Source: an uncultured Chloroflexia bacterium (GTDB lineage Bacteria; Chloroflexota; Limnocylindria; Limnocylindrales; CSP1-4). Taken from it: a stretch of 64,000 nt of DNA. Position 1 is the stretch's first letter; each line of letters starts with the position of its first letter. Under the pieces are notes generated by a model that had not been told where the DNA came from, searched no databases, and saw only the letters and a program-made list of their open reading frames with translations. Below are positions 40,313 to 50,361 of the stretch, one piece after another. The translations under genes were made by a program, and so were the position numbers. Where the stretch lies: assembly GCA_963772995.1 (NCBI GenBank), contig CAVYZQ010000013.1, positions 3,294 to 67,293 of the forward strand, given 5' to 3'.

Positions 40313-41646
40313 GGAGCGATCGGCACGTCCGCCCCGAGGATCGCGTCGGTCTCCTGGCGCGTCAGATAGGTGCCGCCCTGCTCCCCTGGAGTGCCGTTGA
40401 AGTCGGACAATGTGGATCGCCCGCCGTCCCAGACGAAACGCCAGAAACGGTCCTCGGGAGCCGGGTAGAAGTATCGGTTGCCTGATCCGCGGTTGTTACT
40501 CGCGGTGGCATATAGCGGACCTGGCCAATCCTGGGCCCAGAACAGGCCGTAACGGTCGTTAACAGCGCTTGGCCGGTCTTCCACGATGATGTTGTCGTGG
40601 ACATAGGTGCCGGTCACGCCGGGACTGTCCGAGCGATCCTGGCTGATGACACTGATGCCGACCTTGTTCCAGGCCAACGTGTTGCCGTACACCTCGGTGT
40701 CCTTCGATGCGGCGACGAGGATGCCGGCGCCCCAGCCCCACGGCTCGTCGGCGCCGTTGCGCCAGATGACGTTGTTGTAGATCTTCGAGCCGGTGCTCGT
40801 CTCGTCATGGATGCCGGGGCCGCCGTTGTCGTGGATGCGGTTGTTCCGGTAGGTCGAGTTGCGGCACCAGGCATCCAGCCACAGACCCTTGCCCGAGTCG
40901 TAGACCTCGTTGCCATCAAGGACGAGGAAGTCCTGCCCGGTCGCCTTGAGGTTACCGGAATCCGCTCCGGGGTCAGGCTCACCAGTGCGGGCGTTGTGGA
41001 AGATGCGGTTGCCGATGAGCTGGTTGCGCTGGCCGCGGTTCTGCGTCGGAGTCGTGGACGACACCCGGACCCCGAGATGCTTGGCGTCATGGATGGCGCA
41101 GTTCTTGATGGTCGAGTCGATGGCTCCCGTCAGGTTCAGGTTGACGTAACTGAAGCCGAGGTCGCAGTCCTCGAGCCGGAACCGCTGGACGCCGACCGCG
41201 TTCTCGACCGAGCCGGTCGCATACGTCCCATTCGCGTAGCGCATGGTGAAGCCGCGGACGGTCACGTCGTTCGCGGCGACAGACAGCCACGTCGACCGGA
41301 CGAGGTTCCCGGCCGTGTCTCGTCCATCGATGATCGCGCCATAGCCATTGAGGGTGATGGGCTTTCGGATGGTCACGCTCTCGCGATAGATGCAGGCCGG
41401 CACCGTGAGTGTCCCGCCGGTCGGCGTGGCGTCGATGAGTGCCTGCAGGCTTGACGTGCAGGTCTGAGGTGGAGTCGGTATCGCTTCTATTGCTGTCGAT
41501 CGATCAGGGGCAATCACGTCGGAGACCAACGTGAGCGCAAAGGTAGTGGTGATGACAGGCACCAGAATCGCTGCCCGCCTCCACGTGACGACCGTTCGGA
41601 CGTGCCGCGAATCCACGAGCCGATGGTACTTTAAGCCGGCGGGCAA
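40309..41646 (-). CDS. Secreted/membrane-anchored right-handed beta-helix protein, intact paralog of the 36.0-37.1 kb domain
   Basis: It has an N-terminal hydrophobic anchor (AAILVPVITTTFALTLV), then TGGTLTVPACIYRESVTI and a beta-helix core. About 110 aa are identical to the other copy. Confidence 0.75.
   Translation of the reverse strand: MPAGLKYHRLVDSRHVRTVVTWRRAAILVPVITTTFALTLVSDVIAPDRSTAIEAIPTPPQTCTSSLQALIDATPTGGTLTVPACIYRESVTIRKPITLNGYGAIIDGRDTAGNLVRSTWLSVAANDVTVRGFTMRYANGTYATGSVENAVGVQRFRLEDCDLGFSYVNLNLTGAIDSTIKNCAIHDAKHLGVRVSSTTPTQNRGQRNQLIGNRIFHNARTGEPDPGADSGNLKATGQDFLVLDGNEVYDSGKGLWLDAWCRNSTYRNNRIHDNGGPGIHDETSTGSKIYNNVIWRNGADEPWGWGAGILVAASKDTEVYGNTLAWNKVGISVISQDRSDSPGVTGTYVHDNIIVEDRPSAVNDRYGLFWAQDWPGPLYATASNNRGSGNRYFYPAPEDRFWRFVWDGGRSTLSDFNGTPGEQGGTYLTRQETDAILGADVPIAP
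41056..41395 (-). repeat. Copy B of the 340-bp inverted repeat (see 36006-36345)
   Basis: The reverse complement matches 36006-36345 with only a few mismatches. Confidence 0.85.
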
Positions 41647-41772
41647 ATCTCCATCCCGCGGCCAGTGGATGCCGAGAGGTTCACCTCCCTTGTCTCATCG
41701 TAGCGAACGCGCAGGTCTCCTTGACCGTCCGCGACATTGCCACGCGGCCCAGTCCGACTCGGGGATCCGAAA

Positions 41773-42702
41773 ATGATCGACGTGCCCCCGAAGGTCACTA
41801 TCGGCATCCCCGTATACAACGGCGGCGCCTTCTTCACGGAGTGTCTCGAGGCCGTCTCCCGCCAGACATTCGGGGATCTTGAGGTGATCATCTCCGATAA
41901 TGCGTCGACCGACGGTACGGCCGATGTCGCCCGCTCATTCGTTGATCGGGATCCGCAATTCCACTATGTGCGGTTCGAGCAGAATCGGGGTGCCGCAGCC
42001 AACTGGAACAGGGTCGTGGAGCTCGCAAACGGTACCTATTTCAAGTGGCTGGCAGCAGACGACCTCATCGAACCGACGTACATCGAGCGGTGCGTCGCCG
42101 TCCTCGACGAGGAACCCGATGTCGTGCTCGTGACTCCACGGGTCCGGCTCATCGATCTCACCGGGAAGCCCCTCGAACGCACCCCTGGGACGGACCGTTA
42201 CGTGGCACCACACGGCGAAACGAAGAGCGCGCCCCGCGCTCCAGTGACCGGCCTCGCGTCACGGTCCGCCCTGCGTCGGTTCCGAAGTGTCGTCATGTTC
42301 GTGACCGACAGCGGGCTGGCGGCCTATGACATGAGTCTGATCCGTCTCGAGCCACTGCGATCGACGATGCTCGTGGAGCCGTACGTGGGTTCGGAGAAGA
42401 TCCTCCTGGCGCAACTGAGCCTCGTCGGGCGCTTCGTCCTGGTGCCCGAAGTGCTCTACTCGTGGCGGATCCATGCCGACCATATGGGGTCGAAGAGCCC
42501 GGCTGAGGCGACGCGAGGGCTCGATCCGACATGGACGGGTCGCTTCCCCATGATGGGCCCACGTCAGATCGTCGGCTACCTTCGTGCGATCCGGGTCGCG
42601 AAGGTGGATCCAGTCACGAAGCTAGGCTGCCTTGCCGTGATCATCGAGAAGATCCCGCGCGGCTTCTGGTCGCAATTCGGAAGGCGGATCGTCCGGCGAT
42701 GA
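41773..42702 (+). CDS. GT2-family glycosyltransferase
   Basis: It has IGIPVYNGGAFF...DLEVIISDNASTDGT (GT-A DxD-type fold). Its stop overlaps the next start (ATGA). Confidence 0.8.
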   Translation: MIDVPPKVTIGIPVYNGGAFFTECLEAVSRQTFGDLEVIISDNASTDGTADVARSFVDRDPQFHYVRFEQNRGAAANWNRVVELANGTYFKWLAADDLIEPTYIERCVAVLDEEPDVVLVTPRVRLIDLTGKPLERTPGTDRYVAPHGETKSAPRAPVTGLASRSALRRFRSVVMFVTDSGLAAYDMSLIRLEPLRSTMLVEPYVGSEKILLAQLSLVGRFVLVPEVLYSWRIHADHMGSKSPAEATRGLDPTWTGRFPMMGPRQIVGYLRAIRVAKVDPVTKLGCLAVIIEKIPRGFWSQFGRRIVRR

Positions 42703-44252
42703 GGGTCGCCGAGCAGTCCGGCCCGCAGCCGGCCCGGGCCGGGCGATGGACTGGTCGGGCCACCAGTGGCCCGACGCGCAACACGGTCATCCGCGCCCTG
42801 CTGACCGGCGTGATTGCGATCGGTGCCGGGGCCGCGGTGGCCGTCTCGCCGGTCAGCCTGGCGGTCATTGCCGCAGGGATCGTCGCGATGTGGATCCTCG
42901 CGATCGGTCGCCAGAGCATCGCCGTCTTCCACGGTTCGCTGGTCGTGGTGCTGGTCGGCTACGCCTTCCTGAACAAGGGCTTCGCCTACTTCGGCGCGCC
43001 GCCGCTGTATGTCGGCGAGATGTGCCTCGTCCTCGCGGGGGTGGCGACCCTGTATTCCGTCCGGCAGGCTCGGTTCAGCCTGCCGCTCCTGTTCCTGGTG
43101 CTGTTCATGGCCTGGGGAGTCCTGAGGACCCTCCCATACGTCGGGACGTATGGCTTGTTCGCGATCCGCGACGGGGTGACCTGGGAATACGGACTCTTCG
43201 CGATCGCGGTCGCCCTGACCGTGCGCCGAGAGCACGTCGACCGGGTCGTCTCGCTCTACCGGCGGGGAGCACTGCTCCTCGTGTGGTGGATGCCCGTCGC
43301 GGCTATCCTGACGTTCCGGTTCGCCGCCAGCCTGCCGAAGTACCCGGGTTCTCCCGTTCCGGTCGTCTTCTACAAGGGCGGCGACGCGGGCGTGCAGCTT
43401 GCCGGGATCGCCGCGTTCGTCCTGCTCGGTCTGTATTCCGCACGAGATACCGCCCCGATCCGCCAGATCGTCCTGTGGTCCGGCTGGTTGGTCTCCGCAG
43501 GGCTGGCGGCCCTCAATCGATCCGCGATGCTCGCGATGGCGACGACCGCGGCCTGTTTCCTATTCGTGCTCTCCGTCCCTCGTGTGCTCTCGCTTGCATT
43601 CGTCGGCGCGGCCTTCGCGGTCATGCTGCTGACCGTCAACCCGGAGGTGGACCTGGGTTTGAGCAGGAACGTCTCGATCACGCAGCTGGTCACCAACCTC
43701 GGGAGCATCGCGGGCGGCGGCGACGACGCGCAGCTCGACGCATCGAAGGACTGGCGCCTGGCGTGGTGGACGAAGATCTATGGCTACACCGTCGACGGAC
43801 CCTACCGCTGGGTCGGCAAGGGTTTCGGCGTGAACCTCGCCACGGACGATGGGTTCCAGGTCGACGCAGCGCAATCGCTTCGGGCGCCCCATAGCACCCA
43901 TCTCGAGATCCTGGCCCGTGCAGGTGTGCCGGGGCTCGCCCTCTGGGCGTTGCTCCAGCTCGCATTCGCCGCTGCCATCCTCAGGGCTGCGGCCGTCGCG
44001 CGACGCATCAAAGAGCCAGCTTGGATCCCGTTGCTCGGGTGGGTCTTCGTATACTGGCTAGCCGCACTCGTCAACGGCTCGTTCGACGTGTACCTGGGCG
44101 GGCCGCAGGGTGGCATCTGGTTCTGGTCGATGATCGGCTTCGGTCTGGCGATGACCCGAATGGTCAACGAGCGGGCGGCAAGCGTCAGCTCCGAATGGTC
44201 GATTGCGACACCGCGATCAAGCTCCGCTGTCGGCGGCCCCGCAACTCCCTGA
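42699..44252 (+). CDS. O-antigen polymerase/ligase-like membrane protein (Wzy/WaaL family)
   Basis: It has at least 10 TM helices and a large periplasmic loop (...DWRLAWWTKIYGY...SLRAPHSTHLEILARAGVPG), which is typical of O-antigen ligase-domain proteins. Confidence 0.7.
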   Translation: MRVAEQSGPQPARAGRWTGRATSGPTRNTVIRALLTGVIAIGAGAAVAVSPVSLAVIAAGIVAMWILAIGRQSIAVFHGSLVVVLVGYAFLNKGFAYFGAPPLYVGEMCLVLAGVATLYSVRQARFSLPLLFLVLFMAWGVLRTLPYVGTYGLFAIRDGVTWEYGLFAIAVALTVRREHVDRVVSLYRRGALLLVWWMPVAAILTFRFAASLPKYPGSPVPVVFYKGGDAGVQLAGIAAFVLLGLYSARDTAPIRQIVLWSGWLVSAGLAALNRSAMLAMATTAACFLFVLSVPRVLSLAFVGAAFAVMLLTVNPEVDLGLSRNVSITQLVTNLGSIAGGGDDAQLDASKDWRLAWWTKIYGYTVDGPYRWVGKGFGVNLATDDGFQVDAAQSLRAPHSTHLEILARAGVPGLALWALLQLAFAAAILRAAAVARRIKEPAWIPLLGWVFVYWLAALVNGSFDVYLGGPQGGIWFWSMIGFGLAMTRMVNERAASVSSEWSIATPRSSSAVGGPATP

Positions 44253-44351
44253 CGCCGACGCGCGTGGCGGCCGCGATCTAGCTTCCCGGGCCCGGTCGAG
44301 ACCACAGATTCGCGACTGATATGATCGAGTCACGCGGCCTCAGGAGATCCG

Positions 44352-45290
44352 ATGTCGGCTGGCTCTCTCGACCGGTTGCTCGTGACCTATCGCCGAACCA
44401 TGAAGCGGTCGGGGTTGCTCCATCGAGCCGCGTACGGCCTGAGCCGCCGGCTGCTCGATCCGCCCCATCGAGCAGCGCCGTGATTTCTACACGTCTGAAG
44501 AAGATCCTTTGTCTCTCAGGCTCGGCTTCTTGCTGGGTCAGTACGAGCCGGAAACCACGTCCCTGCTGAAGGGGCTCTTCCGCCCGGGATGTACCTTCAT
44601 CGACGTTGGTGCCCATGTGGGCTACTACGCCCGTCTGGCCGCAGAGCGCGTCGGGGCCAGCGGGCGCGTTATCGCAATCGAGCCAATCCGGCGACATTCT
44701 CGCTTCTGTCGCGGAACATGGCCTCGTTGACCAATTCCACCTTGATCGAAGCGGCCGCGTCCGATCAGGAGGGGATCGCCGTGCTCTACGACGCCCACCC
44801 CGAGACTGGCGGGAGCAGCCTCCGGATGGACGAACCGAAGCACGACTACTACGACCGACTCGTCGTAGAGGGCGAGCTTGCGCCGAGGGTGGCCGAGGGC
44901 TTGCCCGTAACCACCTACAGCGTGCGAACGGGCCTGCTCGACAGAATCCTGGCTGAGGCCGGGGTAGAACGCGTTGACGTCGTCAAGATGGATATCGAAG
45001 GCGCCGAGCTCTCCGCGTTGCGTGGGATGGAGCGGACCGTGTCTGCCTCGGGACCGATGCACCTGATCATCGAATTCAATCCGACGTCATTGGCGACGTT
45101 TGGTGTCACCCCCGAGAGCTTCTTCGGCGAGCTGTCTCGCCTCGGCTTCGGGTCGATCACATCGATCGACGACGAGCGCGGGAGTCGCCAGCTAGGTACG
45201 CCGGACGACCGTGGATCCGTTGCCGGTTGGGCGACTGCTCTCGCGTCTAATTTCGAACGCGTCAACCTCGTCTGCATCAAGCCGCACTGA
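44352..45290 (+). pseudogene. FkbM-family methyltransferase, 2 frame disruptions (about 44480 and about 44690)
   Basis: CTFIDVGAHVGYYARLAA...RVIAIEP (frame 3) is followed in frame 2 by NPATFSLLSRN...GGSSL...VDVVKMDIEGAELSAL. Confidence 0.6.
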
Positions 45291-45359
45291 CCGGCCGACG
45301 CAGCCCGACAGGGTCACTGGGGTTTCATCCCTCGACGCACTCGGCCTGCGAACGGCCGC

Positions 45360-46640
45360 TTACGCCTCGCGATCCTGCGGTGGCAGCACGCTTGGGATCC
45401 CGAAGTCCGCAAGCAGCCCTGCGAGATCGCGTCGACGTGTCTCCAGATCGAAGGGAGGGTGCGGTCTCGGGGCCGACTGGTGCGACCGCGCGATCTCGGC
45501 TGCCAGGAGCCGGATGGTCTGCTTCGGACTTCCGATCGGGACGGCGACCCCGCCAAGGGTCGGCGGACCGCCGCGATCAAGGCAGACGACGGGAAGACCC
45601 GATGCGACCGCTTCGACGACAGCCAAGGATCCCTCGTCATGGAAACTCGGGAAGACCAGGACGTCGGCTTCCTCACGCATGACCCGCATGACTTCCTCGC
45701 GTGTCTTCATACCGCGGAACTCGACGCGGTCGGCGATCCCGAGGCGGACGGCGCGGCTACGCAGCCGACCCTCCTCCGGCCCATCGCCCAGGATCACCAA
45801 ACGCCACGACGGCAGCTTGGCGATCGCCTCGAGTGCGAGCGGCACGCCCTTGAGCGGGATGAGGCGACCGGCGTAGAGGGCTGTCCGTCCACCCGGCGCT
45901 CGATCCGGACGGGGCGCGGGGACGTCTTCGAGGATGGTATTCGGGAACAGGACGTACTTGTGCCGGTGACGCCTTGGTAGCCAACGCATGGTCTCCGGGT
46001 TCTGGACAAGGATGAGGCTCGCTCGTCGCCAGGAAGTGTGCGCCAGGGGGTTGAGCCGACGCGCGAACCAGCGGACGGTCGTGCGCTGGAGCTCGGAGAA
46101 CAGACCTCGAGCCCCGAGGAAGCTCGCGAGGCGCCACGGGGGTTCGACGCCGCCTCCGACCGGCCCGAAGACGAAAGGCAAACCGAGGAGTGCAGCCGTC
46201 GACCCCAGCCAGGCGTTCGCCCACGTCAGGTGCCAGGCCACGTCGAACGAGTGCGTGCGATGGAGACGTCGGCTGACCCGCAGGGCCGCGAACTGCCACA
46301 CGAGGTACTTGGGCCGGTGAAACCGATCGGGGTGCCCCAGGATCGGGATCCGGAGCATCCAGCGGGGTGGCTCGACCTCGACGAAATGGATCCTGGCCCG
46401 CTCTGGAGCCTGTCCGAGGTGACGCTCCAAGTCCGCGCGATGGGTGTCCATCGGGAGCGTGATCACCCAGACCTCCGCGAAGCCGGCGAGCATCCGCGCC
46501 CAGGTCCAGCCGACCGCATGCTCGGAGCCGCCACCTGGTATCGAGCTGTAAGCGTAAGCGACTATCCGCGGGACTCGGGCACCGCCCGTGTCATCGGCTA
46601 GCGGGGTGCTACGTCCTCCGATCATCGCCCACGCGCCCAT
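45360..46640 (-). CDS. GT4-family glycosyltransferase
   Basis: It has GGSEHAVGWTWARML in the N-domain and VLVFPSFHDEGSLAVVEAVASGLPVVCLD in the C-domain. Confidence 0.75.
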   Translation of the reverse strand: MGAWAMIGGRSTPLADDTGGARVPRIVAYAYSSIPGGGSEHAVGWTWARMLAGFAEVWVITLPMDTHRADLERHLGQAPERARIHFVEVEPPRWMLRIPILGHPDRFHRPKYLVWQFAALRVSRRLHRTHSFDVAWHLTWANAWLGSTAALLGLPFVFGPVGGGVEPPWRLASFLGARGLFSELQRTTVRWFARRLNPLAHTSWRRASLILVQNPETMRWLPRRHRHKYVLFPNTILEDVPAPRPDRAPGGRTALYAGRLIPLKGVPLALEAIAKLPSWRLVILGDGPEEGRLRSRAVRLGIADRVEFRGMKTREEVMRVMREEADVLVFPSFHDEGSLAVVEAVASGLPVVCLDRGGPPTLGGVAVPIGSPKQTIRLLAAEIARSHQSAPRPHPPFDLETRRRDLAGLLADFGIPSVLPPQDREA

Positions 46641-47944
46641 CAGGGCAGCGCATCGGGCACGCCCTCGATAGTCACCGCCTTGCGCCGGCGATCACGGATC
46701 CCCAGCAGCGATTGACGCGACCACGCCGCGGTGCCGATCCACGCCGCCAGCGCCGCGCCCACTGCCGCTCCAAGTGCGGATCCAAGCCAGGCACCGGCGA
46801 CGATAAGGGCGAACGTCGCGATGGAGGTGACTAGATTGGCACGCAGGCTGCGACGTGAATTGGCGACGGCCCGAAGGACCGTCATCGGTCCGATCATCGC
46901 CAGCAGACCCGCGAACGTCAGCCCGAGCGGAACGAGCAGCGGGACGACCGCGTCCCAGGTCGATCCCAGGAGCCAGACGCCGAACGACTCGGGGATCAAG
47001 AGCAGGAAGACGCACCAGCCGACAGCGATGATGACGAGCCCGGCAGAGAGGGTGAGGGCCGCACGTTCGAGCTCCGTCAGCGATCGGTTCAACGCTCGCA
47101 CGGCTTCTGGGACGACCATCAGGCCGATGCCAGTCGACAGGATCTGGATCGGGCCGAACATGAGCAGAGCCGCACGCATGGCCCCGACTGCCGAAAGGTC
47201 GGCGACGGCGCCCATGCCGAACCACGCAGCCTGAGTGGCCCCGGTATTGACGACCACCTCGGTCAGGTAGCGTGGCCCGAGGTCGCGATGCTCTCGCCAC
47301 CACGACGCCGCCATGAGTGGGCGGGGAAGGACTCCGGACTGGATCACGCCGATGACCGCCGCGATGGTCGCCGACAAGCCCCACGCAAGGGTGAGCCAGA
47401 AGATCGACGTCTGGCCTGCGGCTGCGATGAGGCCGAGACCCGGGAACAACGTGCAGGCCCAGACGAGGTCGTTCTGGAAGGCTTTCGATCCCTTGCCAGC
47501 GGCGAAGAACGCCGACCGCCAACCATCCTGGAGAAGAAGGCCGGGCAACGTCAACCCGAGCGCCACGAAGGCCGGCCCCATCGTTCCGCCGAGGAGCAGA
47601 CCCAGCGGGATGAATCCAAGACCAACGGCCAGACCCGCGAAAAGGACTGTCCCGAGTGCCGCCGCACTCCCTCGCCGCCAGTCATCCGCCGCCGTCGCGC
47701 TGTATCTGATGGCCAGCGGTTGCATGGGAAACGCCCTGGTCATGTTGACGGCAAGGAGATACGCCGCGAACGCGAGGCCGAACGCCCCGAACTCGCTGAT
47801 GGGCACGGTCCGGGCGACGACTAACCCTAGAGCGAAGTTCGTCAGACTCGAGAAGACCTGATCGATCAGACCCCAGCCCGCCCGGCCCGCCACGGGTCTC
47901 GCGCGGCGCGCGGTCATCACAAGGTCGCTTCGGATTCCGGTCAT
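46640..47944 (-). CDS. Wzx-type oligosaccharide flippase (MOP superfamily polysaccharide biosynthesis protein)
   Basis: Starts at ATG 47944 (MTGIRSDLV...). It has about 12 TM helices. The upstream 127 codons of the ORF overlap the next gene and were rejected. Confidence 0.7.
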   Translation of the reverse strand: MTGIRSDLVMTARRARPVAGRAGWGLIDQVFSSLTNFALGLVVARTVPISEFGAFGLAFAAYLLAVNMTRAFPMQPLAIRYSATAADDWRRGSAAALGTVLFAGLAVGLGFIPLGLLLGGTMGPAFVALGLTLPGLLLQDGWRSAFFAAGKGSKAFQNDLVWACTLFPGLGLIAAAGQTSIFWLTLAWGLSATIAAVIGVIQSGVLPRPLMAASWWREHRDLGPRYLTEVVVNTGATQAAWFGMGAVADLSAVGAMRAALLMFGPIQILSTGIGLMVVPEAVRALNRSLTELERAALTLSAGLVIIAVGWCVFLLLIPESFGVWLLGSTWDAVVPLLVPLGLTFAGLLAMIGPMTVLRAVANSRRSLRANLVTSIATFALIVAGAWLGSALGAAVGAALAAWIGTAAWSRQSLLGIRDRRRKAVTIEGVPDALP

Positions 47945-48046
47945 CCATCGGATAGTATGCGAAGGGTCATGGTCCGGCCCCGGGCCGGAAGTACCAGGTA
48001 GAGCTGTCACCCGAAGCGTCGCCCGCGTCGCACGACAAGGAGTACC

Positions 48047-49103
48047 GTGCCCACGCTCACACATGACACGACGACACCGGCCGCACCTCTGCGCCCAGGC
48101 GAGATGATCGTGGTCCGTTCCGAAGCGGAGATCCGGGCGACATTGGACGCCGATGGACGCCTCGATGGGCTGCCGTTCATGCCTGAGATGCTCGCCTACT
48201 GCGGCCAGAGGCTCAGGGTCTTCAAGCGCGCTGACAAGACCTGTGACACCGTTGGCTCGACCGGGATGCGCCGCCTCCACGACACTGTCCACCTGGAGAT
48301 GGTGCGATGCGACGGCTCCGCGCACGGGGGTTGCCAGGCCGAATGCCTGGTCTACTGGAAGGAAGCCTGGCTGGCGCGCGTCGACGCTGCCGGATCGAGG
48401 GCGACGCCGTCGAGAGAGCCGGCGACGACGCCCAAGGCCACCATCGGTCCGGATCGCCAGACGCTCATCCAGTTGACGGACCGGCGGACGGCGTCGTCGC
48501 CGCCGTCAGGACGTTACTACTGCCAGGCGACGGAGCTGCCTTCGGCGTCGACCGCGCTGCCGTGGTGGGAGCCGACCCAATACGTCCGGGACGTCCGATC
48601 GCGGAACGTCAGCCTCGGCGAAGCTGCTCGTGGGGCTCGTCCGGTTCGGCTACGTCAAGTTCCAGCAGCGGTTCATCAACGGCAGCCCGATCCCGTTCTT
48701 CCATGGACGCCTCACGCACACCCCGAAGATGACCCTCGACCTCCAGCCGGGTGAGGTCGTCCGCGTTAAGACCAAGAAAGAGATCGAAGCCACCGTGGAC
48801 CGAGGGAATCGGAATCGTGGGCTGTCCTTCGACTCCGAGATGCTCCCATACTGCGAACGCGAGTTCGTCGTGCGCAAGCGGGTCGAGAAGATCATCAACG
48901 AACGGACAGGGGAGCTCGTTCCGCTTCACGGCGACTGCATCATGCTCGAGTCAGTCACGTGTCCGTCGCTCTACCACAGGTTCTGCCAGCGCCGGATCTA
49001 CTCGTACTGGCGCGAGATCTGGCTGACACGCGTCGGGACATCCGGTCCACTCGAGGCCGCCGAGGAAGCTGCTGGCCCCCGCCAGCGCCACAGCCCACGG
49101 TAG
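48047..49103 (+). pseudogene. Hypothetical protein made of two homologous about 95-aa domains, frameshift at about 48620
   Basis: Domain 1 is MIVVRSEAEIRATLD...CQAECLVYWKEAWLARV. Domain 2 is VVRVKTKKEIEATVD...CQRRIYSYWREIWLTRV. They share conserved Cys and Trp spacing. Confidence 0.4.
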
Positions 49104-49112
49104 GCGCGCGAC

Positions 49113-50150
49113 TCACCCGACCGTCGGCTGCCTCCAGAAGAACTCGTCGTCCAACTGGCCGGTCCGCAGCAGGTAGGTGATCTGCTTGAGGCGCGTGTAC
49201 CCGCGGAAGGCGAAGTCCTCGGGCGACATGTCGATCGCGCGGAAGACCTCGAGCAGCTGTTGCGCCCCCGCTTTGACATCCCAGCGGGTCTTGAAGGTCG
49301 GCAGCGTTCGGTGGATCTTGCCGAAATCCGCGCGATAGTTCCGCTGGTCGCCGCCACTGTCGCCGAATACCGTCGAACAGCCCGGGAACGTCTCGGCGAT
49401 GATCTCGGCGATCTGGCGGACCTGATGGTTCTGGGCGTTGTCCCCAACGTTGAAGATCTCGTCATGGACCGTCTCACGCGGTGCGTCGAGCACGCAGGCG
49501 ATCGCCTGACTGATATCGAGGATGTGGACGAACGGCCGCCATGGGCGGCCATCGCTGGTCATCCGGATGACCCCCTCCGTCCAGGCGTGACCCGCCAGGT
49601 CATTGACGACGAGGTCGAAGCGCATCCGCGGCGATGCCCCGTATGCGGTGGCATTGCGCAGGAAGGTCGGGCTGAAGTCGTCCCGCGCGAGCTTGCTGAC
49701 GTCCCGCTCTACCAGGACCTTGCACTTCGCGTAGGTCGTCAGTGGATCGGTCGGTGATTCCTCCGTGCTGAACCCCTCGCCAGCCGCGCCGTAGACGCTG
49801 CATGACGACATGTAGACGAAGCGCCCAACTCCGGCATCCCGCGCCAGGCCGGCAAGCCGGACGCTTCCTTCGTGGTTGATGCGATAGGTCATCGCCGGGT
49901 CGATCTGCCCCAGCGGGTCGTTGGAAAGCTCAGCCAGGTGCACGACGGCGTCGTAACCGGCGACGTCGTCTGGAGTGATGCGTCGAACGTCCCGGTTGAC
50001 CCACGACGGCGCGCGCGCGACGGCGTTATGCAGCCAGCCGACTCGGTGGAAACCACTGTCGAGGCCGACGACCTCATGGCCTCGATCGATGAGATACGGG
50101 CCCAGGACAGAGCCGATGTAACCTTCGCTGCCGGTCAGAAGGATGCGCAT
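49113..50150 (-). CDS. NAD-dependent epimerase/dehydratase (SDR), likely nucleotide-sugar 4-ketoreductase/epimerase
   Basis: It has MRILLTGSEGYIGS (GxxGxxG), and YAKCK (YxxxK). Confidence 0.8.
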   Translation of the reverse strand: MRILLTGSEGYIGSVLGPYLIDRGHEVVGLDSGFHRVGWLHNAVARAPSWVNRDVRRITPDDVAGYDAVVHLAELSNDPLGQIDPAMTYRINHEGSVRLAGLARDAGVGRFVYMSSCSVYGAAGEGFSTEESPTDPLTTYAKCKVLVERDVSKLARDDFSPTFLRNATAYGASPRMRFDLVVNDLAGHAWTEGVIRMTSDGRPWRPFVHILDISQAIACVLDAPRETVHDEIFNVGDNAQNHQVRQIAEIIAETFPGCSTVFGDSGGDQRNYRADFGKIHRTLPTFKTRWDVKAGAQQLLEVFRAIDMSPEDFAFRGYTRLKQITYLLRTGQLDDEFFWRQPTVG

Positions 50151-50361
50151 GACACCTCGATCGCGTTCTTCGATTCATCAGGCTTCGTCGGGCGCGACCC
50201 GAGAAGCCGGAGCAGTGTACGTCGCCGGACCCGTCAGTTCAGTTGGGCCCGAACGGCTCGAGCGCCCGCTCGCCAGGACGCGGCTGACGCCCAGCAAGGC
50301 GGCCGAGGCCCGTGAGCAGGCATTCCTCGTGCGCCGTCGAGAGGATCGGCAGTCCCGGCCG

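Noticed and set aside
46640-48325. Full-length 561-aa version of the flippase ORF
   Set aside because: The first 127 codons overlap the start of the + strand gene at 48047 and contain no TM segments. The start was trimmed to ATG 47944.
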